Source of the DNA: Octopus sinensis
Lineage: Eukaryota
Reading direction: 5' to 3'
DNA: 64,000 nucleotides
NCBI RefSeq assembly: GCF_006345805.1
Contig: NC_043005.1
Location: forward strand, 62,930,001-62,994,000
In this document: positions 35,691-48,660 of the stretch, in pieces
How the letters are laid out: each line of letters starts with the position of its first letter
How positions within the stretch are numbered: position 1 is the stretch's first letter
Translations under genes and position numbers: made by a program
Notes under the pieces: generated by a model
Told to the model about the DNA's origin: nothing
The model's database searches: none
The model's input: the letters and a program-made list of their open reading frames with translations, nothing else

Positions 35691-38627
35691 ATTCTACATG
35701 AAATTAAATCTCTAAGAGTATTATGATAGATTGCAAGGGAAACTTCTTTTTACTCTTAGGTCATATTACATCACCTAAAACCAGTAAGCGATGAAAAAGA
35801 CATCAGAAAGCAACTCATGACTTGCTATAACAGTCATAAATAACATCCTATAACTTGAATTTTGGTAACATACCTAAACACAAGTTATTTGATGCATTCA
35901 TTGATGTATAAGTTTTGAAATATAATTTAGCAGATTTCTAACTTATTAAAAAATTATTAATAATTTTGTATTTTTCTTATTTCATTTTCTTTCTGTAAAC
36001 TGTTTGTGACAAAGTTACAATGAGATGAATATAGAAATACAGAAAAATATATGTGAAGTGTCATTAAAAATTATTCATAAAAGCATTACAGTAAAAAAAT
36101 AAAGGTAAAAAGTTACAATAGCTGACTTAAAGAGTCTATAAAGGAAGATGGCCACACATCGGAAGCTGTTCTGCATTTTTTGATCACTGTGAATTCCTTA
36201 GATCTGTTACTTTGATTTGGTTGGCACAAATATTAACTATACAAGTTCAAACAATTTTTTTTATTATTTTATAAATAGACTGAGAAAAACAGTAAAATTC
36301 TAACTAATGGATTGGGGTACTTTCATTGTTGCAAATAATATTATCCTTATTAATATTTTTATCATGATCATCACCATCATCATCTTAACTTTCATTATTA
36401 CAATTTTCTTTTATAATTCAATAATAAAATACAATTACAGATACAAAATTGATCAATAATAGAAAAGATTGAGAAAAATACTAATGGCATTGTTTACTTT
36501 TGCTTTATCTATTTATTTGGATTTTCAAAAGAAAGAAAGATGTTTTTCCCATATTGATTAGAACACAATTTAGCAGCTCTTTACATGTCTTAATTGTTGG
36601 TTAAAATAGTATCAATGGCAAATATAATTAGAACACGCTTGGTGCCCAGGAAACAAAGCTGCTGGAAGTGGTTTTACAATGAAATGAACAGTTGACCTAT
36701 ACAGTTTAGAATCTTGATTATTCTAACACATAATTGATATTATTTCTTTTCTGGTATGTAAATGAAAAAAAGATTTGTTTTTTTGAGATTAATTTAATGT
36801 GTAGATTATAACGTAATCACTGCCATTTCTCTTATTAGTTTATGAAACAAGCTAATTGACTTAAGATAGAAGACTCCATGATTGTAAGTTATGTCTTCAA
36901 ACTGGTAGCACTAACCATCAATATAAAAGTACATTAATGTTGTTGGTGTTAGAGATTGCCACTGAAGCTAAGCATGTTTGACTGTAATGCTGAACATTTT
37001 TATTATTTCCAATTAAATTGCTTTTCAATTGTTTCCAGACTTTTTTCTTAATATAATATTTCATTTTTAGCATGGAATATATTTAAAAAAAATTTGCTTA
37101 AAGTTACAAAATATTTTTGGCCACCGCTATAAGCTTAATCGTTTCTTATGATTACTTATATCACAGTCATATCTAAGTAGGTATTGACATAAATATTTGG
37201 CCATAAAATATCCTTTAGTTATAATTACAATATCTACATTTTAAGTAGAGCTAAACAATTATCAGTAGCAGTAAATTATTGAAGGATGAATATATTTAAT
37301 TAATCAGTCAAACTAAAATAAATTATGGTTAACAATAATAATGGTAAGAGCTTGAAGGAATACATTATCTGAAGATTACGAGAGAAAAGAGAGACTGAAA
37401 TATAGTGTAGATGGAAAAATTAGGTTAATTCTTTATAAAAGTCACATTACTCCTGCAATAACATCTTAAATAGCAATTGTGTTCTTTCATACTGAATAGT
37501 TTAACTTGGCTGGTTACATTATATATCTTGATATATGATTATTACGTGTTCTTTTTAGTTTGATACAAATATTACATACATTTTATATCTCATTTTATGA
37601 GTTTCTAGGTTTCCAAATTTCTCTATTAATATGTATTTTCAGCTTGGATTGCAGCTGTGACAAACTTGTCTACTTTTTCTAAGAAATTATATCTATAACT
37701 CAATTATCTAGTGTATTCATATGAGTGAGGGCAAGATCAATAGGAATTTGGTTGTTATTTCTTGTAAATCAATCAAATACATGCTCTTTTTGAACAAATA
37801 ACATTTCAGCCTGTTAGTCCACTATAGCCTGTCACCCAAAATGTCTGTATAGCAAAACTATTTATTCCCATAGGAAATTCCAGAGAAGTTATGGCAAGTT
37901 TGAGCAGAGATGTACACTGATCAAGAGCTAGACAGCAACTCACACTTTCCAGCTGATACTTCCAATTTGTCACCAACCGTTGTTGCCAGCTTGTGTATTC
38001 ATTATTTGTGACACCATTTGTCATCCAAGACGTTTTATATCAATGAATAAAATGTAGAATTGTTTGTTCATTATCATGTATGTTCTACTGTACTTGATTT
38101 GCAATATTCCAAATATAGTACCATGACGATCTGACATCCCTCACACTGTTTAACCTCTATTTAAATTACTGCCCTTCACCTCAACAATATAGTCTCTTAC
38201 ACAAATAACATCACACACATTTTCTTTCATTCTCTAGACTGTTACATAATTACTCCATCACTACATCACTTAGAAACCTAGCTGCAAAACTGAGCAGTGC
38301 CTACAAAATTGTCTGCCACTCTTCTTTTTCTTAACTCAGGATCTCACCAAGTAGGGCCCATAGATCACTTCTAGGCAAAGAACTAGGATAAAGGAGGGTG
38401 TGACATTAATATCATGAAAGCTCTCTTCTTTAAATGCAGATGTATGGATATTTAAGAAAGCAACTGAAATGTGACGCTAACATAATTGATAAAAGAACTG
38501 ATGACAATAAACTATGATGAATGAGATAAAGGAGCCAATAAAATAAAATAAAATGAGAAAGTAATGAAAGAAATCATAAAAATATTAAAATGAAGAAAAT
38601 TATCAACATTAAGCAAGATAGTTGTTA

Positions 38628-39010
38628 ATCATCATCATCATCATCATCATCGTTTAGCGTCCGTTTTCCATGCTAGCATGGGTTGGACGGTTCTACTGGG
38701 GTCTGTGAAGCCAGAAGGCTTCATCAGGCCCAGTCAGATCTGGCAGTGTTTCTACGGCTGGATGCCCTTCCTAACGCCAACCACTCCGTGAGTGTAGTGG
38801 GTGCTTTTTACGTGCCACCCGCACAGGTGCCAGACAGAGCTGGCAAATGGCCACAAACGGATGGTGCTTTTTATGTGCCACCGGCACGAGGGCCAGGCGA
38901 GGCTGGCAATGGACACGAAACGGGGCGGTGCTGGCAACGGTCACGAAACGGAAGGTTCTCTTACATGCCACCGGCACTGGTAACACATCTGCAATTTCCA
39001 TTGATCGATT
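38628..39010 (-). mobile_element. RTE-tailed non-autonomous element with ~3 internal repeats
   Basis: Reverse complement of the 23879-24492 type, including the same 5' block tcaatggaaattgc. Confidence 0.85.
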
Positions 39011-39059
39011 TCCAAACTATAGGGGGACATTTTATTTTACAATTCAGCTCTTTTGCGGT

Positions 39060-40300
39060 AAAAATGCTTTGTGCATGAAACTGGCAGTGTGTCCATGAGA
39101 TGTCCAGGAAGCTAAGATGCAAATCACTAAATTTGGCAAACTGAGCTCTAATGAGAAATTTTCTGAAATCAAAAGTGGAAAATGGAAGTAATAGTAAAAA
39201 TGGTCAGACATGAAACATTCTGTGCAGTTGGAATGATGAAAAAGAGTGCATCACTGACTAGACTATGAAGTTTCATTCTGTACTCTATTAGAAGTTGTCA
39301 GCACATGCTTAGAGGAACGTACCAAAATGTGTGAAACTATTCGAATTTTGGAAAAATCTAGCTCCTTCAGAGATAACATACAGCATCAGGTTTAATAACT
39401 TTTTGGGCTGTTTGAATAAAGTCCCTATTCTAACCACTGTTCTAGAACAGACGTAATATAAGAGTCCACTGTCAAGTCATGTATGCATTTAAGACCTAAA
39501 AAGACTCTTTCAAAGCAGATGTATCCATTGAAATCCATCAAAGTCAGAAATTTCATGATGGCAATGGAAAGATAATAGGGTGGTCTTCAAAGCATTAATA
39601 GCAACATCATTTGTTTGATCATTGCATCATTCCAGTTAGGTCACTGAAAAGATCTGCTGCAAGTTTCAAATGTATGGTGCCACTCTAAGAAACGAGGTTG
39701 TAAAGTTTCTTCAGTAAACATGTCAATAAAAAGATCTTATTACTTTATCAGCCAAAATATTGTTAAACAATAGGAAAAATATAGGTCCTTGAACAAATCC
39801 CTAGGGTATGCCAGCATTGATTTCATGAATGTGAAAGGACTGAGTGTCGTGAGATACTTTCAGAATTCTTCCAATTAAAAACTGATAGCAGAAGTGACTT
39901 AAGCAGATATGTCACAACTCATTAGCTTAAGAAGCAATCCTTAATGTCATGTCAAGTACTTTGAAGATGTCTCAGAAAATAACATCTTAAAGCTGCTGTC
40001 TAGTACATAACTGAATATATTAACAGTGAACCAAGAAGTCCAAGAATAAAACTACAGGAGATTGACTTTATTCAAGTGGTTAATGATATGCATATAAATG
40101 GTGAATTCAGACAACTTGCTTTTTATGATCATAAGATTAATTGGAATGAGGAAAAAGTCACTGGAGTTTTTGAAAATTGGGAAAACTAAGGCTTCTTCAA
40201 TGAGTACATAATAGCAAATACGTGGTCCATACTTAGTTGTTCGAAAGACTAGCAATGTGCCACATATTTCAGAGCTGGTGACTGGTATGGGATTATATAT
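39060..40300 (-). mobile_element. Degenerate L2/CR1/Jockey-group LINE reverse transcriptase
   Basis: Minus frame INAGIP*GFVQGPIFFLLFNNI corresponds to the GVPQGS.LGP.LF motif. Many stops. Confidence 0.65.
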
Positions 40301-41049
40301 AAATTTAACTGACTTTAGATGCAGGGGGAGTACAAAGAAAACATTTAAGGAAAAAATCTAGAATGGTAGTTGCAAGAGTACATCATGTCAGTGTATATAA
40401 GCTCTCAAGTGTTAATATTATGAGAACATAGACTCATTATTTCTGTAAAGTGTTGGCAATTGGAAGGACATCCTGAAGAGCATCAATCTACAGGAGCTAA
40501 TAGCTCCTACTAAGAAATGAAGCACACTGTGACAAACCATCAACTCATGCCAACATAGAAAGTGGACACAAAATGATGACTGATGGTTTCATTCATTTAA
40601 GATTAGCTATTTTACATAGAATATCATATACTATGTTTAGAAAACATCCCTTAACATAATAGGTCATGTCACTTTCACTTATTGCTTTAAGTTATACTGA
40701 AGCACGTTGACTCAATGTAGGACCACTTCAGATTTTTGTCATGAAAGCTAATAGAAGATAATTTACTTTGATAGACCTAAAGAAAATGTTACTGACTAAT
40801 TATGGTACATTATGTATAGTCTTAGATTCTTAATTTTAGCAACGAATATTTTGCAGGCTTGTATATTTGCAATTAAACTAATATTCATTGTTTATATTTC
40901 AATTTTATAATAAAGAGTAAAATAAATAAACAGAGATGCTATTAACATTAGAATAATCATTTTAATATCTGTCTTCCATTTCCAGCATGAAATGTTGGAA
41001 ATGGGTCCTAGTGAATTCATTTATCAGCCTCAACATTTTAAAGTACCAG

Positions 41050-41430
41050 TATTCTTTTATGTTTCAGTTATTTGACTGGGATCATGCTTGAGCACCACCT
41101 TTTAGTAAAAGAAATCGACCCCAGGACTTATTCTTTGTAAACCTAGTACTTATTCTATCAGGCTCTTCTGCCAAATCACTAAGTTATAGAGATGTAAACA
41201 CACCAACATCGTTTTTCAAGCGATGGTGGGAGGGACGAACATAGATGCAAAGACATACACATAAATATATACATATATACACGATGAGCTTCTTTCAGTT
41301 TCCATCTACCAAATCCACTTACAAAGCTTTGGTCGGCCCAAGGCTGTAATAGAGGACACTTGCCCAAGATGCCACACACTGGGACTGAACCCAGAACCAT
41401 GTTGTTGGGAAGCAAGCTTCTTACCACCCC
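41050..41430 (-). mobile_element. SINE family A
   Basis: Reverse-complement homology to 7178-7570. Confidence 0.8.
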
Positions 41431-42274
41431 AACCATAAGCACACTCCACTACCATCCTGCACCAACCTGCAGTATAGTTTTCTTTAGTAAGATTGCATTC
41501 AATTAAAATTATATCTCATAGAAATGTACTGTCTCCATATATCAGTTATAGCTATTTTCTCAAGTTGATTGTAGTCATTCCCCCCAACACCATCACCACA
41601 AGCTTCACAGTTCATTCAAGTGTGCCATATACATAGATTCATCTGTATCCATGACTAAGTTACTTAGCTTTTAGTGTAAATGGCAGTAAATGGATTACAC
41701 AAGTGGTATGGTTCACTACTGCAAACAATATTACAACTTTCAAACTAACAAATACCTGCTGGATAATATTCATATAGAAATTGCTTCTTCAGTTTTTCTA
41801 CCAGATGTTGGATTACAAAAATCCCAAACATATATCCATTTTAGACTTAATTTATAATGATACTGTTTCAGTTAGCAACAAGTGGTTTTACTGAGAGCAA
41901 ACCATAAACGATATTAATGATGTGAAATAAGAGTGATTGCATATGGTCATGAGACAGAATATTGAATATGGAAGATTTCAAGTAACTACATAAAAGCTGG
42001 TCATTGAATGTGTAATGTCAATTTATATATCAAGCAGAATACAAATGACCTATGAGGGTAAGTAGGTATTAACAGTATCAGCAAATGAATGCAGAAGACT
42101 GTCACACTGGTATGTAGATGTGATGTAGATGAATGATGAGTACTGGTGACATGCTACATGAGAAAAACAGAAAGAAATGATGAGTTTAGACCTCAGGACA
42201 CTGAACTTCACAGATAATTTGCTATAGTATTGCTGGCCCATAAAACCCATACAAGAAAAATAGTAAATGTGGCA

Positions 42275-42597
42275 CGTCTGTGCCGGTGGCACGTAAAAGG
42301 CACCCTTCGAACGTGACTGATGCCAGCACCGCCTTGACTGGCTTCTGTGCTGGTGGCATGTAAAAAGCACCAACCGATTGTGGACACTGCCAGCCTACCC
42401 TGGCACCTGTGCCGGTGGCACATAAAAAGCACCCACTACACTCATGGAGTGGTTGGCGTTAGGAAGGGCATCTAGCAGTAGAAACACTGCCAGATCAGAC
42501 TGGAGCCTGGTGCAGCCTCCTGGCTTCCCAGACCCCGGTCAAACCATCCAACCCATGCTAGCATGGAAAACGGACGTTAAACGATGATGATGATGAG
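42275..42597 (+). mobile_element. RTE-tailed element with ~3 internal repeats
   Basis: gtgccggtggcac units plus the shared tail and (GAT)n. Confidence 0.85.
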
Positions 42598-43311
42598 GAG
42601 GAGGATAAAGCAATTTTTATGATGGCATTATTGCTTTAGAGAATATTATCCTGGGAATAGTGTTGAAAACAAAAACCTGTACATTTGTATATTCATTTTG
42701 TAACTGAACTTATTATCAGCCCTAACAATACACCATGTTCCTGAAATATGAACTGGAAATGATTTTATGCACCAATCATTCACTTGTAGATTTTTCAATG
42801 CCCACTAGGCACTACTTAAATTCTTCCATTTATCTTGCTAATATTGCGAAATGGAAAGCATATTTGCATTAAAACAGTTCATTCATTTATATGTCAAATT
42901 TGATAATTGGCATCAAGTCTATGCAGTTGTATAGCATTTATCAGTTATAAACTCCTCAGCTGAAGTGATGTTTTTATATTTGTTAGTATGAAGATTAACG
43001 ACGTTGCCTATAGTTATTTCAGATCATTGTAAACAGAGTGTCAAGATAAATAAGTGACATTAGTGCTTCTCAAATAGGGTTTTAATCATCTCGGTATTTT
43101 GATTTAAAAAAAAGAAAAGGCAAGATGTGACAGAATTCCTTCTTAAAACAAGTATTTGAAATAATTTAGGATAAAATGTTTAAAATATGAAAGGAAGCTG
43201 AAATAGTTGTAAAGAAAATGAGATGGTATTTAGCTTGATAAACAGCAAGTAATGGTGTATTGTTAGGGCTGGTAATGACTATGGAATCTTGGAAGTCAGA
43301 TGAATGTTTCT

Positions 43312-43535
43312 TATTTCTTTATTGCCCACAAGGGGCTAAACACAGAGGGGACAAACAAGGACAGACAAAGCGATTAAGTCGATTATATCGACCCCAGTGC
43401 GTAACTGGTACTTAAGTTATCGACCCCGAAAGGATGAAAGGCAAAGTCAACCTTGGCAGGATTTGAACTCAGAATGTAATGACAGACGAAATACCACTAA
43501 GCATTTTGCCCGGTGTGCTAATGTTTCTGCCAGCT
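43312..43535 (-). mobile_element. SINE family B
   Basis: Reverse-complement homology to 4051-4243. Confidence 0.75.
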
Positions 43536-45590
43536 CGCTACCTTCAGTGTATGTTTCTATCTTGGGTACTATGTATGAATGTTTCTATCTTGGGTAATAC
43601 GTAGAAAGTGTTTGATGTGTCTCCAAATTTGGGGTACATTTGTAGGTATATTTTAGGTAAAATGCTACATGATATAGCAAGTTAGCAACTTAAGGCTTAA
43701 GAAATTTCTGGTTCTGAGAAAGAATTTGCTATGTAATGAATGAACGGTTTTAATGAGTAGTTGTCAGTGATACTGAAATGAAGCTGTAAACTAGATTCAT
43801 ACTTTTAACAAATACACTTGTATTCTGTGTGGCTGGAATAGTAGCTATGCTAATTTCTAAAACATAGCATGATTTTCTTGTCACACTTGTTGAAATAGGC
43901 AGACCAACTACGTACATCTAATAGTTGTAAATTAGATTAACATTTCATCTGAGGCTAAGCAACAATAACAACAATGCTAAACTGTCAGCTAGGAATACCA
44001 ATGTAATGAGAGTTTCTGTAGACAAAATGTATTGGAACCACAGATAGCAATATCTCAGCCACACATGTAGAAAAGACAAAGAAGCAAGGATGAATAAAGG
44101 CAAGAAATGCTGAGGTTGTGAAAAAGAAATTTCATAAAAGGCACTACTTTATATGCACTACCCGTAAAGAATGATTGAATTTCTAAGATGAAGTTTCGTA
44201 TGAGACACCAATGCAAGCTGCATCTATAAAGTAATGAAATTACAATTTGAGAAATAATCTTTCCTTAACAAACTAATATAAAGAAATTAGGATGATGAAA
44301 AGTGTTCATTGATTTGATTACATATTGATTTTTCTTCTTTGCTAATCATTTTATCCATTTCACTAAAAAGTAAAAAGAAAAGTAAGCAAAATAGACAAAA
44401 ATTTAACAGTAGTGCATAACACTAACTAGTATATTTTCTTTTATCATAGTTTACTTCTATTTCCCATGCTAAAATGGGTTATATGGACCTACAATTTTGT
44501 AATTTAAGCTTAGTGCGAAAATTCACTTTTACATTTAGATACTTTTCACCTGAATTAGTAATAAAAACAATGCATGCTGTACATTTGATGAAATGATTCT
44601 TGTTTATTTTGAATAAGTACAAATTGCTTAGATTAAGACAAGTGTCTTAAATGGAATACTACTCCTTTCAAAGTATTTTAAAATAGGACAAAAGAAAACT
44701 GATTTAAGTATTTGCCTTTCTCAGAAGCAGTGTAAGACTTCGAACTTAACAGAATAAACACATTAGATATGATTCCACTGGATGGATAATGTCAGTGTGC
44801 ATGTATGACAGAGTGTAAACGATTTAAGAGAAAAATTGGGCATAAGAGACATCACATGTAGTGTGCATGAGAGAAGACTATATTGGTATGGGCATGTGAT
44901 GTATATGGATGAATGAATATTTTACTATTTTTTATTTAATTTCTATATGTAAATAAAGAATATTATGATTTAAAAAAAATATGATTAAAGTTTCTTTTTC
45001 TGTTGACAGATATAAATGATAACTAATAAACATTCAATAATAACAACTTTGAAATAATTAAATAAATTTCTTTCGTACAAAAAGTAAAGAAGAATTTTCA
45101 GTAACATAGAAAAGAACTGAAGGCATCTGTAATATACATAGAATGGGGAGGCAATTATTTTAATGAGAAGCAGTAAATTAGCTATTATTATCATGAAGTA
45201 AGTTTCAGTCACAGAAGAAAGAGAAAATAACTTTATAATTTAAAAGTAGTCGTGAACCAATATTCTAGCCACAGTTCCTTAAATTATAAATAAACCAAGT
45301 ACATGTAATCATTTTCAGATTCATGTTGACACACTGCATTTTCAGGTTCATGATGACATACAACACACTGCATTTAGATCTTCTGGTTGTGCTTAAAATC
45401 TTAGTCATGAAAACTTGATCATTATCACAGTTATTTCTATCATTTACAATATAATTAGATGTAGCTCTGCATTTATCATACCAGCTGAATTTGTAACCAG
45501 AATAATGTTTAAAATCATTCATAGGAGTATTGTAGTTCACTTGAAACATTGTTAGTACAGAAATAGGAAATGAAGGGAAGGAGAAATAAA

Positions 45591-45939
45591 GAAAGTTTCT
45601 AACAATGCAGAAAGTTTTACAAAATAAAAAACAAAAATCCTTTGTATTTTGGGTGCAAAGGTCTATCTTCAGAACATATGCCACCACCACCACCACCTTA
45701 TGAAAATACACTACAATGATCACAACCAACAGTTTTAAATTGCTTGCACCAACAGTTGGAGAGTTGCTGCTACAGCTAACCCGAAATGCCAAGCAATTTA
45801 AAATAACAAAATCTATGTAAATACACATATCTATACTACTTTTTATTTCTGAAGATAGGCCTTTGGGACTGAAATATAAAGTTTTTAATTTGTTTTTTTA
45901 AATTTTTTTGTAAAACTTTGTCCATTGTTAGAAGCTTTC
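45591..45939. mobile_element. PLE-type pseudo-LTR pair in inverted orientation, each arm with a hammerhead core
   Basis: 45591-45674 is the reverse complement of 45847-45939. Homologous to 55190-55410, which lies directly downstream of a PLE ORF. Confidence 0.75.
45845..45882 (+). ncRNA. Minimal type I hammerhead motif (ATAT helix III family)
   Basis: ATTT-CTGAAGA-t-AGGCC(tttg)GGACT-GAA-ATAT-A^AAGT; one helix II mismatch. Confidence 0.65.
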
Positions 45940-46229
45940 ATTATTATTTTTTCCTTTAAATTCATAAATATTTTACAATCAATCATGGAAAGTTTCCTAG
46001 ATGGAAAGTTTCTTCAGAGCTTAACTGATGTTAATAAACCATTAATAAGTTTCACTAGATCAGAAATTTATGGATATTAGTAGCTATTATAAGACGTAGT
46101 AAATCAAGACAATCAATCATTAGTCATAGAAATTTCTATTTTTATCTTCAATCTTCAACTGCATTAATCTTATCATATCTTCAGTCTTCAGCTACATTAA
46201 TCTTATCAATCTAGGAAGGTGTCAACTTT

Positions 46230-46620
46230 CCTCTTTCAATTAAAATAGAAAACGAAATGTTATAACCAACATATTTTCACTGGATTGATATCTTTTAACA
46301 TTAATATAATACTGAACAGAAACGAAAAAAATAAGTTGTTGAAGGATACTGGTGAATAACAGGTAACTTTCCTGGAATGACTAAAATCTACATTCCATTG
46401 TTAAATGCATTATCAAGAAACAAAAAGAAATGTTTCTCTGATAATATCCATGGGATGTCATCCATTTATCCATAACCCTAAATCTATTGTCATACTCAAG
46501 ATGTCTAATTAAAAAGGATAGATTAAAAAACTGAAAGTTAGTCTGAAAATAATGAATCAGATGAATTCTAAAAAAAAGTACACTCAAGATATTTGATATC
46601 ACGAAAGTCAATAAAGCAAT
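46230..46620 (-). mobile_element. pogo/Tigger DDE-domain relic
   Basis: KWMT and HFFLFLDNAF resemble pogo 'aWmt' and 'LllDNa' motifs. Confidence 0.45.
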
Positions 46621-47229
46621 AATGTGGACAAGGTCAGAGCTAACTGATAAAAGTCAAAAGTAAGACCCAGAAGCACATAAATGACAGTAGACAAAAAGGT
46701 AAAAAGGAATTGTTAAACATTCTGATATGTAAGCCAAAGTATTTTTAAATTATAGAGTTAAACCAGCTTCCTTTCAACATATAATTTCGACAAGAATCTG
46801 TAAGATTCCCCAATCTTATTATAAACTTTCCATAGATTAAATTTAAATCATATTATAACTGCACATATTAAACTAGCTGACCATATATTTCATTACATTT
46901 ATTTCTTAGTTCTGTTGGTTGATAAGTATAGAAAGAATCCTATTAAATCTATTTTTATCTAAAATCTGTAGAAGTTTAATAATTGTAATCTTTTTAATCT
47001 ATTACAGTTTTTTGTGTATAACTTTCTCATTTATGAAAGCTCATGCATAAAATAAAATATTAGGTTGTAAAAAGAATGAGAAATTGCAAAAGATAGAAAA
47101 ATAGGGACCACATACAGAATATAATGTTGTTAAATAGTTTTCAGTAGTAATACCATGCTGTAGTATGGTTGCTTTTATAAGCAGAAAAATATGTAGAAAT
47201 ATTTTGTAAGCAACGAACTTTGCTTTTGA

Positions 47230-47450
47230 CTATAATTACAGAGGTATATTAAAGTTTGTTGTTAATCCTGGCTTAGTTCTATGATCAAAGGCATTTGAAT
47301 CATGAACAACTTGTGTTTCTTTTCCAGAACCACATTATATAAAGTGTCCTGCTTTTTGTAATTTGGTATGGTGTGAGCTGAGTGAATATTGGCTGCTCTT
47401 TCTATTGGATTCAGCAGCTCCTGAAAGACTCTCTCATTAGCCAGTATTAC
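47230..47450 (-). mobile_element. Mariner-like relic
   Basis: ERAANIHSAHTIPNY / KKAGH resembles the mariner HTH-LKKAG segment. Confidence 0.35.
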
Positions 47451-48439
47451 AATTAAGTATTGCAATTAAGGCTGCAATTAAGTATTGTAAAAAAATCATA
47501 ATGAGATGACAATCCAGATTTGCTTGGTATATGATATAGAAATTACTGCTCCATTTTATGAATAAAATTCAAAAGAAAACTAATGAAGTTACAGATTGTA
47601 AACCTAATTGTGAACCTCAAATAAATTTATAAAACTAATACAGTATTGTTTTGGTAAATTGCAATTTAATAATTAATTAAATATTTTAAGAATTAATGTA
47701 ACATGGATATATGAGATCTATTTAAAAATATGTCTTTCGGTAAACAAAGAAACTAAAACTAATACATAAAACCAGTTAAATTGAAATCTTGAAAATGCCA
47801 ACAGTTTAAAGTTAACTAATGCCTTATTCTTGGGAATTCATAAATATATAGGGAAGTCTTTGATTTACATTGACAATCCCTTTCATTTGTAAAAGTTTCA
47901 TTGGGTGCACCATTAAAAAAATTACATCAGTCAATTATAAGACATGAGATATGTAGTCAATAATAATTTACTGGATAATGTTCAAGCAACTTTGCAGAAA
48001 ATTAATAAAAACTATATAAATAAATATATAAAATACTGTGGAGAGAGAAATGTTTGTAGAAACTGGAGTCAAAAGGCCAAAGGGAGAATTAATATTGATC
48101 ATTGATTTATTTGCTGTACATTTGCTTTTAATCATTAGTATACCTCAAACAACTATCATGATATCATGTCTACAGAAAACTCTTAATTAGTGCATAGAAG
48201 GGTTACCCAAATCATATATGATTGTCTATACTTGGTAATCTAATGTAGAAAAATTGTTTCAATCATCAATTGATAATTAGTTGCATCAACAAAATCAAAG
48301 ACTACAACAGAATAATCAGAAACATAAAAACATCATGGTTATACCCTATGAAAACATTAAAGAAAAAAAAATGAGTCAGTGCCAAGAAACAAGGAATGGG
48401 TCTCCCATGATTTGAAAATAATAGAACTCAAATTTGATA

Positions 48440-48660
48440 CAACCTGAACAACAACAACAACACCATCCTCCTCCTCCTTTAATGTTCGTTTTCCATGCTG
48501 GCAAGCAAGAGAGCTGCATCAGGTTCCAGTGTAATTCGGTTTGATTTCTACAGCCCTTTCTAATGCCAACCACTTTACAATGTGTGCTGGGTGCTTTTAA
48601 CATGGCACCAGCATGAGCACACTCACATGGCACTGGCATGAGTGCTTTTACATGGCACCA
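48440..48660 (-). mobile_element. RTE-tailed element (diverged, ~2 repeats)
   Basis: Reverse-complement tail and gtgcc-type units. Confidence 0.65.

Noticed and set aside
37806-38024. 72-aa minus ORF with an internal GTGAGT donor
   Set aside because: No usable acceptor; another frame weakly resembles a decayed mariner.
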